Shown: positions 55,325 through 64,000 of the stretch, one piece after another
How the letters are laid out: each line of letters starts with the position of its first letter
Numbering within the stretch: the stretch's first letter is position 1
DNA from: an uncultured delta proteobacterium
GTDB lineage: Bacteria > Myxococcota_A > Polyangia > Polyangiales > Polyangiaceae
DNA: 64,000 bases
Assembly: GCA_963841435.1 (NCBI GenBank)
Contig: CAWJCS010000006.1
Coordinates: 928,001-992,000, forward strand
Direction: 5' to 3'
Program-made: the position numbers and the translations under genes
The notes under the pieces: generated by a model
The model's input: the letters and a program-made list of their open reading frames with translations, nothing else
Databases searched by the model: none
Told to the model about the DNA's origin: nothing

Positions 55325-56311
55325 TCAGCGGAGGCCGTGGTAGACGAACACCGTGCGGTCGGGCGGCGAGTCACGGCCGAAGACGCCCGTGGCAAGCAGC
55401 ACGAGGCTCACCGTGCCAATCGTGGTCGCGCCGGCGATGGCAGCGCGGGCCCAGGGTGCGAGGAGCGGGGCGGGCTCGGGGCGGGCGAGCTCCAACGGCT
55501 CGAAAGGCCGGCAGCGATCGCGCGTGCACTCTGCCACCTCGAGCCGGCCGAGCACGCGCCTGACGGCGACCCAGCGCGCGCAGCGCGCCCCGGCGAAGGG
55601 CACGGGGGTAGCCCCACCCGCGTCGAGCGATCCCACGTCTTCCGTGCTGCAAGCGACGACCGGGCGGACGCGCAGCGCGAGCTCGGCCGGGTCCGCGCCG
55701 TCCGTCGGCACGTTGACCCAGCCCGCGAAGACGAGCTCGTCGCCGCGGAGCACGCGCACCTGATGCGTGCCCGGCGCGAGCGCGTGCGCGGGCGGTGCGA
55801 CCTCGCCGTCCACTTCGAGCGCGTCGTGACCGCCGAGGCCGCGGAAGCGGACTGGGCGCGCGGACCCCGGCGCGGTCGTGAGCGATCCCCCTTCGCCGAA
55901 GGCCGCCGCGCGTGGCCCCTCGAGGGCGTGCGCCCGCGCTGCGAGCTCCCGGGCCTCGGCGTCGCCGCCCGGCTGTCGGCGTCGCACGTCGGCCTCGACG
56001 CGATGCCGCTCGGCCATGAGAAACGCCGCCTGGGGCAGCTCGGGCTCGCGCAACAGGTCGCGTTCGACGCCTGCCAGCACAGCGAGCGCCCGCTCCTCGT
56101 CGAGCGAGGTGGCGAGCGTCCGCGCCTCGTCGATGCGCCCCTCGAGATCGAGCACTGCCTCCGGGCGATACGGAGCAAAAGGTGAGGGCGGTGTAGGCGC
56201 GGGTGCGACCAGGACGACCTCCTGCCTTCGCGCGAAGGCATCGAGCTCGCCGCGTTCGGCGGCCGTCAGACTGCCGGTAACGAGGACGAAGAGGGTGGCC
56301 GTTTGGGTCAT
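55325..56311 (-). CDS. Hypothetical protein with a PEGA-like segment and C-terminal hydrophobic helix
   Basis: Fills the gap between flanking genes. Contains LEVDG...LAPGTHQVRV and a TM-like AIAGATTIGTVSLVLLATGVF. Confidence 0.6.
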   Translation of the reverse strand: MTQTATLFVLVTGSLTAAERGELDAFARRQEVVLVAPAPTPPSPFAPYRPEAVLDLEGRIDEARTLATSLDEERALAVLAGVERDLLREPELPQAAFLMAERHRVEADVRRRQPGGDAEARELAARAHALEGPRAAAFGEGGSLTTAPGSARPVRFRGLGGHDALEVDGEVAPPAHALAPGTHQVRVLRGDELVFAGWVNVPTDGADPAELALRVRPVVACSTEDVGSLDAGGATPVPFAGARCARWVAVRRVLGRLEVAECTRDRCRPFEPLELARPEPAPLLAPWARAAIAGATTIGTVSLVLLATGVFGRDSPPDRTVFVYHGLR

Positions 56312-56344
56312 CGAGCGACCGTGGTAGGCTGCGTGAGGTTTATC

Positions 56345-57070
56345 GTGCAGCTCGACTTCGTGAACCGCGAGCTTACAATCAAGCTCGTTTACTACGGTCC
56401 GGCGCTCAGTGGGAAGACGACCAACCTGCAGGCGCTGCACAAGGTCGCCGATCCGAGCACGAGCGGGCGGCTCATGACGCTCGAGACGAAGGACGACAGA
56501 ACGCTGTTTTTCGATCTTTTGCCGCTCTCGTTCCGCACTCAGAGCGGTCTCGCCGTCCGGCTCAAGGTCTTCACGGTCCCCGGGCAGGTCATCCACGCGT
56601 CCACGCGGCGGCTCGTCCTGCAGGGCGCCGACGGCGTTGCCTTCGTCGCCGATTCGCGGGTCAGCGAGACGCAGCACAACACGGACTCCTTCCTCGACCT
56701 CAAGGACAACTTGAAGGAGCACGGGCGCTCGCTCAAGCAGATGCCGCTCGTCATCCAGTTCAACAAGCGCGACCTCAAAGACATCCGCAGCGACGAGGAG
56801 ATCGCCGAGCTAGCGGCGCAGGGACGAGAGCCCGTTTACCTGGCCGTCGCCATGCGCGGAGCCGGCACCGTCGAGACCTTCATCGGGCTCTTGCACCTCA
56901 CGTTCAGCGCGCTCGAGGCCGAGCACGGGCTTTCGAAGAAATTCGGCTTCGAGGGTTCGCAGTTCCTCAACGCCGTCACCGCGAAGCTCGGCGAGCGTCG
57001 CGCGTTGCCCGAGGTTCTCGGTGCGTGCGTGGGCGGCGCGCTCGACGTGCTCGCGCCGGAGGGCGCGTAG
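56345..57070 (+). CDS. sofG: MglA-family small GTPase, SofG-like
   Basis: KLVYYGPALSGKTTNL, DDRTLFFD (intrinsic Arg finger), TVPGQVIH, QFNKRD, a C-terminal extension and no adjacent mglB. Confidence 0.7.
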   Translation: MQLDFVNRELTIKLVYYGPALSGKTTNLQALHKVADPSTSGRLMTLETKDDRTLFFDLLPLSFRTQSGLAVRLKVFTVPGQVIHASTRRLVLQGADGVAFVADSRVSETQHNTDSFLDLKDNLKEHGRSLKQMPLVIQFNKRDLKDIRSDEEIAELAAQGREPVYLAVAMRGAGTVETFIGLLHLTFSALEAEHGLSKKFGFEGSQFLNAVTAKLGERRALPEVLGACVGGALDVLAPEGA

Positions 57071-57071
57071 G

Positions 57072-58496
57072 GTGTCGATCCCCGCGCCGCAGGGCACGCT
57101 GGACGAGCTCACGCTGGGGCGCGGGGCCAAGCTTGCCGAGCTCGTGGACAAGGAGAGCCTGGGGCAGCTCGCGCGCAGCCTTGCAGAGCTCTCGTCGGTG
57201 GGCCTGCGCGTTTTCGACGCCGATGGCGTCCTGCTCGCCGATGCGTCGCTCAAGCTCGAGCTCGTCGAGTACCTGTCGACCCTGCGCCGCGTGCGGGCCG
57301 AGCTCGAGAAGACGGTCTCGCAGGTCAAGGCTCTCGATCCGGGCGAAGGGGGACGTGCGACGCTCGATTGCGTGAGCGGCGGCCGTTACCACGTCGTCGT
57401 GCTCGTGCACGACGGCCGGCGCGTGGGTCGAGTCGTCATCGGACCGTACTATCCGCCGTCGCTGGCCGACGTGCCTTCGACGCTGCTCGAGCTCGAGCCC
57501 CAGCTGGATCTCGATCGTGCCCGAGCACTGCTCACGGCGCTCACGCGCGTCTCGGAGCGGGACGTCGAGCGGCTCGCTAGCCACGTCTCGGCGACGCTCG
57601 ACGTCGTGATGTTCAGCGGTCTCCGGGCGCTCTTGACGGGGAACATGCACCTCGCCTCCGTGCGCGAGAGCTATCGTGAGCTGCAGCAGAAGAGCGACAA
57701 GCTGCAGATCGCCTACGACCGGCTCCGCGAGCTCGATCGCCTGAAGAGCAACTTTCTCGCCACCGTGTCGCACGAGCTTCGCACGCCGCTCACGAGCATC
57801 ATCGGCTACAGCGAGATGTTGCTCGAGGGCATCGCGGGCGAAATCAAGGGTGAGCAGCGCGAGTTCGTGGGGACGATTCGCGAAAAGGGCGAGCAGCTCC
57901 TGACGCTCATCAGGGGCCTTTTGGATCTTTCGAAGCTCGAAAGCGGCACCATGAGCCTGCGCAAGGCCCAGACCGAGGTAGCCCCGCTCTTGCGCGACGT
58001 CGCGGCCACGATGACGCCCCACGCCAAGAAGAAGGGCATCGTCATTGCCGCCGACGCGGAAGCGCCCCTGCCGGTGCTCTGGGCGGACGGCGAACGGCTG
58101 CGCCAGGTGCTTTTGAACCTCGTCGAGAACGCCATCAAGTTCACGCCGACCGGCGGCACCGTACGCATGCACGCGAAAATGACGGCCATGTCGTCGGCGC
58201 CCCCGGGCGAGGACGGCGGTCTCGTCCTGCTCGGAGCGCGCCGTTCCGCCGTGGAAATCCGCGTTTCGGACACGGGCATCGGCATCCCGGAAGGCGAGCG
58301 CGATCGTGTGTTCGACGCTTTTTATCAGGTCGATTCGAGCTCGACGCGCGAGCAGGGCGGCACGGGTCTCGGGCTTTCCATCGTGCGGCGCCTGGTCGAG
58401 GGGCACGAGGGGACCGTTCGCGTCGAGGCGAACCAGCCCCAGGGCGCCATGTTCGTCGTGACGATTCCCCTGAAGCGCGCGACCCTCGGGCCATGA
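57072..58496 (+). CDS. Cytoplasmic sensor histidine kinase with a PocR-like input domain
   Basis: No TM helix. FLATVSHELRTPL, NLVENAIKFT, DTGIGI, FYQVD, GGTGLGL. The N-terminal LRVFDADG...VGRVVIGPY region resembles PocR. Confidence 0.88.
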   Translation: MSIPAPQGTLDELTLGRGAKLAELVDKESLGQLARSLAELSSVGLRVFDADGVLLADASLKLELVEYLSTLRRVRAELEKTVSQVKALDPGEGGRATLDCVSGGRYHVVVLVHDGRRVGRVVIGPYYPPSLADVPSTLLELEPQLDLDRARALLTALTRVSERDVERLASHVSATLDVVMFSGLRALLTGNMHLASVRESYRELQQKSDKLQIAYDRLRELDRLKSNFLATVSHELRTPLTSIIGYSEMLLEGIAGEIKGEQREFVGTIREKGEQLLTLIRGLLDLSKLESGTMSLRKAQTEVAPLLRDVAATMTPHAKKKGIVIAADAEAPLPVLWADGERLRQVLLNLVENAIKFTPTGGTVRMHAKMTAMSSAPPGEDGGLVLLGARRSAVEIRVSDTGIGIPEGERDRVFDAFYQVDSSSTREQGGTGLGLSIVRRLVEGHEGTVRVEANQPQGAMFVVTIPLKRATLGP

Positions 58497-59467
58497 GCCC
58501 GGCGCGCGGGCGGCGCTTCGGGGAGCGCGAGGCCGTGGCGCTCTTCCGGAGTGCCTTCGAGCGGCGCGGTGCGTCCGTGGCGTTGCTCGGCATCGGCGAC
58601 GACGCCGCTGTGCTCGAGCGTGTGGCGGCTCCGCTCGTCTGGACCATCGATGCTTCGGTGGAGGGCACGCACTTCGAGCGGGCGCTGCTCACGACGGCGG
58701 ACATCGGCTATCGCGCGTTCCAGGCTGCGGCGAGCGACCTCGGGGCGATGGGCGCACGCCCGCTGGCGGCGCTCTCGGCGCTCGAGCTTCCGCGTGGCTT
58801 CGCCCGGCGAGAGCTCGACGCGCTCACACGGGGCCAGGCGCAGGCCGCTCGCGAGTGCGGCTGCCCCATCGTCGGCGGCAATGTCGCCAGGGGGCCCGTG
58901 CTCGCGGTTACGACGACGCTGCTCGGCACGGCGTCGCGCCCGCTCCGACGCTCCGGAGCGCGCGCGGGGGACGAGGTGTGGCTCGTGGGCGACGTGGGGC
59001 TCGCGGCGGCGGGGCTCGCCTTGCTGCAGCGGCGGCCCAAGCGCGGCGGCCGGGGTGAAAGCCTCTGCATCGCTGCGTGGCGCCGGCCGCGAGCGCTCGT
59101 GGCCCAAGGGGCACGCCTCGGCGGGCGCGCCCACGCGCTCATCGACGTGTCGGACGGCCTTGCCGGGGATGCCGGGCACCTGAGCGCGGACAGCGGCGTC
59201 CGGCTCGTCATCGAGGCGGCGGCGCTCGAAGAGATCCTGCGTCCCGACCTCGTCGACGCTGCGCGGGAGCTCGGACGGGAGCCCCTCGAGCTCGCGCTCC
59301 ATGGCGGCGAGGACTACGCGCTTCTCGCGACGGGGCTCAAGGCGCGGCGACCGAGCTTCGCGCGGCGCATCGGGCGCGTCGAGCGGGGGCGCGGCGCGTG
59401 GCTCGAGGGTGCGAGCGGGCGCCCGCGCCGCCTCGGGACAGGGTTCGACCACCTCGAGCCGAGCTAG
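58493..59467 (+). CDS. thiL: Thiamine-monophosphate kinase
   Basis: GIGDDAA, EGTHF, SDLGAMGA, IDVSDGL, GGEDY. Confidence 0.93.
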   Translation: MSPARGRRFGEREAVALFRSAFERRGASVALLGIGDDAAVLERVAAPLVWTIDASVEGTHFERALLTTADIGYRAFQAAASDLGAMGARPLAALSALELPRGFARRELDALTRGQAQAARECGCPIVGGNVARGPVLAVTTTLLGTASRPLRRSGARAGDEVWLVGDVGLAAAGLALLQRRPKRGGRGESLCIAAWRRPRALVAQGARLGGRAHALIDVSDGLAGDAGHLSADSGVRLVIEAAALEEILRPDLVDAARELGREPLELALHGGEDYALLATGLKARRPSFARRIGRVERGRGAWLEGASGRPRRLGTGFDHLEPS

Positions 59468-59512
59468 CGAAAAGCGGCTGGAGCGCGCCGCGCGGCCCGT
59501 TGCCGCGTTCGC

Positions 59513-59938
59513 TTATTTGCAGGAGGCGGGCATGCCGGCGCCTCTGAGGGCCCCGCGCACCGCGGCGAGCACCGCGGCGTTGCTCTGCCCGGCCCCGACG
59601 GCAATCGAGCAGGCCTGGGCAGCCGCCGTCAGGTATTCCTTGTTCGGCGAGGGCGCGAGCGCCGCATTCGAGGCGAGTGCCGCGCAGCACTTGGCGAGCG
59701 ACATGCCGCCGCCTCCGCCGCCCTTCTTGACCGGGCCTGCATCCTCGCCCGCGTCTGGCATCGCTGCGACTTCCGGCACGAGGGTGAGCGCCTCGGTCGG
59801 CGTCGGCGTCGGCGCGGGCGCCGCGGAGGGCAGGGGCGGGGGAGGCTCGTCCTTCTTGCAGCCGGTGTACGAGGCGAGGCCCACCGAAAGCAGCAGGCCG
59901 AGGCTCATGGGCCTGAGCAGGGAAATGGATTGCGACAT
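59513..59938 (-). CDS. Pro-rich lipoprotein with a small Cys-containing helical domain
   Basis: GGAG ribosome site, lipobox YTG-C, Pro-rich linker, CC...C...CK. Confidence 0.7.
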   Translation of the reverse strand: MSQSISLLRPMSLGLLLSVGLASYTGCKKDEPPPPLPSAAPAPTPTPTEALTLVPEVAAMPDAGEDAGPVKKGGGGGGMSLAKCCAALASNAALAPSPNKEYLTAAAQACSIAVGAGQSNAAVLAAVRGALRGAGMPASCK

Positions 59939-60140
59939 GGCTCTCCTCCGCGGGCCGTGCCCGCAAGACGCCCTTTTTACTCGGACCAGACCCAAAACAC
60001 CAAGGGGCTTCTTTTATGCCGGATCAGATCTGCTCCAACGAGACCCGACGGCGTTTGCTCGGCCGGGGACGCCATCAGCGCCCCCGTGAGCGAGACAAGC
60101 GTCGTAGAACCGGCTGACCGGCTGGATCCTGTCGGTTTTC

Positions 60141-63100
60141 TCAGCTGCAACCCATCGAGTTGCCGCAGTTCAGACACTTGTAGCAGGCGCCGTTGCGCAC
60201 CGTGATGTGCCCGCAGCCGTCGCAGACGGGCGCGTCGCCCATCATCTCCTCGAGCTGGGCATCGAGCGCGCCGTGCGCCTCGAGCGGGGCGGCCTCCGCA
60301 ACGGGCGGCTGCGACTGGCGCGCGGGTGGCATGAGCGACGCTGGCGGACGCTCTTCCGCGACGAGACGCGGCTGCGTGGGATCCTCGATCGCGACGGGCG
60401 CCTCGGCGGGCTTGACCTGGGCGAAGTCGTAGCGGCGCAGGTACTCCACGCCGAGCACGCGGAAGATGTAGTCGACGATCGAGGTCGCGAACTTGATGTT
60501 CGGATGCCCGCTCACCACGCCGTGCGGCTCGAAGCGGGTGAACGTGAACTGCTCGACGAACGTGTCGAGCGGCACGCCGTACTGAAGGCCCACCGAGACC
60601 GCCATGGCGAAGCAGTTCATGAGCGAACGGAAGGCAGCGCCCTCCTTGTGCATGTCGATGAAGATCTCGCCGAGCGAGCTGTCTTCGTACTCGCCGGTGC
60701 GCAAGAAGACCTTGTGCCCGCCGACGTAAGCTTCCTGCGTGAAGCCATTGCGCTTCTTCGGCAGCCGCACGCGGTGCCCTTCGGGGCGCCGCAGCGTGGA
60801 CGGCGCGCTCACGACGACGGATGCCGCCTCCGGCGAGCTCGCCTCCGCCTTTTGCTCTTTGCTCGACGTGGAGAGTGGTTGCGAGGCCTTGCAGCCGTCG
60901 CGGTAGAGCGCCACGGCCTTGAGCCCGAGCTTCCAGCCCTCCTCGTAGATCTGGCGCACGTCCTCGACGCCCGCGTCGTTCGGCAGGTTCACGGTCTTGC
61001 TGATGGCGCCCGAGAGGAAGGGCTGCGCGGCCGCCATCATCTTCACGTGGGCCATCGGCTCGAGGAAGCGGCGGCCGGTGCGCCCGCAGCGATTCGCGCA
61101 GTCGAAGACCGGGTAGTGCTCGTCGCGCAGGTGCGGCGCGCCCTCGATCGTCATGCGGCCGATGATGGTATCGTTCGCGAGCTCGATGTCGGACTCCGTG
61201 AAGCCGAGGTGCTTGAGGAGGTTGAAGCCCGGCTGTGCCATCTTGTCGGCCGTGACGCCGAGCCGCTCGTAGGTCTCCTTGCCGAGCACCCACGGCGCGA
61301 ACGCCAGGCCGAGCTCGAAGACGCCCGGCAGCGCCGCCTCGATTTTGGAGAGATTGGCGTCGTCGAGGCCGCGCAGCTTGAGCTCGGAGCGGTTGATGCC
61401 AGGCGCCCCGAGTAGGGTGTTCGTGCCCGAGACGTAGGCCACGATTTCGCTGATCTGAGCCTCGGAATAGCGCAGCCGCCGGAGCGCCTCCGGCACGGAC
61501 TGGTTGACGATCTTGAAGTACCCGCCTCCGGCGAGCTTCTTGAACTTCACGAGCGCGAAATCGGGCTCGATGCCCGTCGTATCGCAGTCCATGAGCAGGC
61601 CGATCGTGCCGGTCGGTGCGAGCACCGTGGCCTGCGCGTTGCGGTAGCCGTGCTGCGAGCCGCGCTTGACGACGTCGTCCCAGTCCTCGCAGGCGGCGCG
61701 CCAGAGCGCTTCCGGACACTCGTCGCGGTTGATGGCGTAGGCGGCGTCCTGGTGCAGCCGCATCACGCGCAGCATGGGCTCGCGGTTCGTCGAGAAACCG
61801 GGGAACGGCCCCTTGTTGGCCGCCATCTTCGCGCTCGTGACGTAGGCGTGCCCGCACAGGATGGCCGTGAGCGCGCCTGCGATGGAGCGCCCCTTGTCGG
61901 AATCGTACGGAATGCCGAGCAGCATGAGCACGGTGCCGAGGTTCGCGAAGCCGAGCCCGAGCGGCCGGTAGTCATGCGAGTTCTTGGCGATGCGCTCGGT
62001 CGGGTAACTCGAGAAGTCCACCAAGATTTCCTGGGCGACGAAGAAGATCTCGATGGCGTGGCGGTAGCCGGCGATGTCGAAGCTGCCGTCCTGGCGCAAG
62101 AACTTCGTGAGGTTCAAAGACGACAGGTTGCAAGCGGTGTCGTCGAGGAACATGTACTCGGAGCAGGGGTTCGACGCGTTGATCTTTCCGCTGTTCGGGC
62201 AGGTGTGCCAGCGGTTGATGGTGCTGTCGTACTGCACGCCCGGATCGGCGCAGCCCCAGGCAGCCTCGGCGACCAGCGTCCAAAGATCCGCTGCCTCGTA
62301 GGTATCGGCGACCTCGCCCGTCGTGCGCATACGCGTCTGCCACTTGCCGCCGCCGAGGGCAGCTTTCATGAACGAGTCGGAGACGCGGATCGAGTTGTTC
62401 GAGTTCTGGCCGCTCACGGTGTGATAGGCCTCACCGTTGAAATCGCTCTCGAAGCCGGCGGCGATCAAGGCCTTTGCCTTCTTCTCCTCGCGCACCTTCC
62501 AGGTGATGAACGCCTCGATTTCAGGGTGATCCATGTCGAGACACACCATCTTGGCGGCGCGCCGCGTCGTGCCGCCGCTCTTCGTGGCGCCGGCGGCGCG
62601 GTCGAGCACCTCGAGAAAGCTCATGAGCCCACTCGAGGTCCCGCCGCCCGAAAGCTTCTCCTGCTTGCCGCGGATGGCGCTGAAGTTGGACCCCGTGCCG
62701 GAGCCGTACTTGAACAGGCGCGCCTCGCTCTTCACGAGGTCGTAGATCGACATGAGATCGTCGTTCACGGCCTGGATGAAGCACGCCGAGCACTGCGGAT
62801 GCTCGTAGGCGTTCTTGGTTTCCGTGACGATGTCGGTGTCGGCCTGCCAGGCCCAGTTGCCGCCGGAGCCCTCGATGCCGTACTCGTGGAACAGGCCGCA
62901 GTTGAACCAGACGGGCGAGTTGAACGCGCCGTACTGGTTCGTCAGCATGAAGCTGAGCTCGGCCTCGAAGACGTCGGCGTCCTTTTTGGTGGCGAAATAG
63001 CCGCCGAAACGCTCTCCCGCCGTGCGGATGGTGTGCGCGATGCGGTACACGACCTGACGCACGCTGGTTTCGCCGCGGGTCTTGTCGCCGTGGATGCCGG

Positions 63101-63398
63101 CTTTGCGGAAGTACTTCGAGACGACGATGTCGGTCGCGAGCTGTGACCAGCCAGCCGGTACCTCGGCGCCCTCCATCTTGAACACGACCGAGCCGTCGGG
63201 ATTCGTGATGACGCTCTGGCGCCGCTCCCACACGGTCGCCTCGCTCGAGTCTTCGCCTGCGGTCGTGAAGTGCCGTTCGAGGCTCAGACCCTTCTTCCTC
63301 TTCGAGCGCTCACCCCGTGTTCCCGTGGGAGGCTCCGACTCGATGCGGCTCGTCTTCACGCTGCTCTCTTGATGACCCACGAACGTTGACTGCGCCAT
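60141..63398 (-). CDS. nrdJ: Vitamin B12-dependent (class II) ribonucleotide reductase
   Basis: FNSPVWFN, QCSACFI, GSGTGSNFS, NPCSEY, APTGTI, SKTVN, TSCPD-like domain and C-terminal C..C...CYKCLNCG.SMGCS. Confidence 0.96.
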   Translation of the reverse strand: MAQSTFVGHQESSVKTSRIESEPPTGTRGERSKRKKGLSLERHFTTAGEDSSEATVWERRQSVITNPDGSVVFKMEGAEVPAGWSQLATDIVVSKYFRKAGIHGDKTRGETSVRQVVYRIAHTIRTAGERFGGYFATKKDADVFEAELSFMLTNQYGAFNSPVWFNCGLFHEYGIEGSGGNWAWQADTDIVTETKNAYEHPQCSACFIQAVNDDLMSIYDLVKSEARLFKYGSGTGSNFSAIRGKQEKLSGGGTSSGLMSFLEVLDRAAGATKSGGTTRRAAKMVCLDMDHPEIEAFITWKVREEKKAKALIAAGFESDFNGEAYHTVSGQNSNNSIRVSDSFMKAALGGGKWQTRMRTTGEVADTYEAADLWTLVAEAAWGCADPGVQYDSTINRWHTCPNSGKINASNPCSEYMFLDDTACNLSSLNLTKFLRQDGSFDIAGYRHAIEIFFVAQEILVDFSSYPTERIAKNSHDYRPLGLGFANLGTVLMLLGIPYDSDKGRSIAGALTAILCGHAYVTSAKMAANKGPFPGFSTNREPMLRVMRLHQDAAYAINRDECPEALWRAACEDWDDVVKRGSQHGYRNAQATVLAPTGTIGLLMDCDTTGIEPDFALVKFKKLAGGGYFKIVNQSVPEALRRLRYSEAQISEIVAYVSGTNTLLGAPGINRSELKLRGLDDANLSKIEAALPGVFELGLAFAPWVLGKETYERLGVTADKMAQPGFNLLKHLGFTESDIELANDTIIGRMTIEGAPHLRDEHYPVFDCANRCGRTGRRFLEPMAHVKMMAAAQPFLSGAISKTVNLPNDAGVEDVRQIYEEGWKLGLKAVALYRDGCKASQPLSTSSKEQKAEASSPEAASVVVSAPSTLRRPEGHRVRLPKKRNGFTQEAYVGGHKVFLRTGEYEDSSLGEIFIDMHKEGAAFRSLMNCFAMAVSVGLQYGVPLDTFVEQFTFTRFEPHGVVSGHPNIKFATSIVDYIFRVLGVEYLRRYDFAQVKPAEAPVAIEDPTQPRLVAEERPPASLMPPARQSQPPVAEAAPLEAHGALDAQLEEMMGDAPVCDGCGHITVRNGACYKCLNCGNSMGCS

Positions 63399-63800
63399 GC
63401 TTCCGTTCCTCCTCGACTTTCCTCGAGCTGACCTGTTTTTGGCTGCTGCGGGGGGTGTGGCTCTCTATGCAATACGAAACAGACACCCGTGGCGTTGCCA
63501 CGAACGTCGATGGACCACCCCGGTCCGCGAACTCGCGTTTCTCTCGGTATTCCGTGGCTCGCCGGTACTCAGCGAGCCTCTTGTTTCAACGACTGACCGC
63601 GGCCACCGAACCTGCCCCGCAATCGGGTTTGACGACCTACGCTGCTCCGACTCCGGCTCGGCGCCTTGGGCAGGCGGGGAGAGCCGGTGGGTGACGCATG
63701 CACCCTGTACTTCCGTAACCTACTGGATCTCCGACCAGCTCTGACCAACAGAGCGAGGGAGTAGCCTTACCCCAAAGGATTGGGCAAGTACAAGGAAAAA

Positions 63801-63816
63801 CCACTACTCATTGTGG
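63801..63816. promoter_or_regulatory. Putative NrdR box upstream of nrdJ
   Basis: CCACTACTCATTGTGG matches 11 of 16 positions of the NrdR consensus acaCwAtATaTwGtgt and lies about 400 nt upstream of nrdJ. Confidence 0.5.
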
Positions 63817-64000
63817 CCCAGCTGTCACGTGGTCGCCCCAGTTTACCTAAACTCGCGCCAGCACTGAACTTTCATCCACTGAACAGATTTGTCCCACATT
63901 GTGCGCACGTGTTCAGCATGTGTTCCACCGATCTCACCTAGCTTTTGCACAGCGCTGACCCCATCCGGGGTTCGCGTGAGGAACGGTTCCAAGACCGTCC

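Noticed and set aside
63400..63780. Cobalamin riboswitch upstream of nrdJ
   Set aside because: I could not find the conserved B12-box elements (GGGAA...GCCACTG...GGGAAG) in the expected arrangement on the minus strand.
63860..64000. Replication origin at the window end
   Set aside because: The DnaA-like boxes are all degenerate, and no AT-rich unwinding element or dnaA/dnaN gene is in view.

Overview
GC-rich chromosomal window, very probably from a myxobacterium (Myxococcota, most likely Polyangiales/Sorangiineae). The first 21.8 kb is a co-oriented Agl-Glt/Nfs-type envelope transport and gliding cluster: gltC (5'-truncated by the window), gltD, gltE, gltF, gltG, a TPR lipoprotein and a 3786-aa gltI/agmK-like gene. 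The order follows the M. xanthus nfs operon but adds a giant GltI whose C-terminus looks like a catalytically dead M48 peptidase domain. Next comes a candidate trans-envelope signalling module (beta-barrel, FHA sigma54 activator, TPR-PEGA protein, kinase-less Pro/Thr-rich membrane protein). The rest is mostly housekeeping: amidase, dksA, uvrA, prkA-like, tatD, etfBA, nadB, typA, thrB, argH, thiL, nrdJ and three tRNAs (Ile2-CAT, Met-CAT, Pro-CGG). Interspersed are two Ser/Thr kinases, a TetR plus PEP-utilising small-molecule kinase cassette with a palindromic operator beside tRNA-Pro, a coupled CPBP protease / Asp-less patatin / tandem-Tudor lipoprotein operon, and a SofG-like GTPase paired with a PocR-type histidine kinase. 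Five or six single-base insertions break otherwise intact genes and look like sequencing errors. No CRISPR array, rRNA, integrase or transposase was seen. All assignments come from motif recognition by eye; no searches were run.
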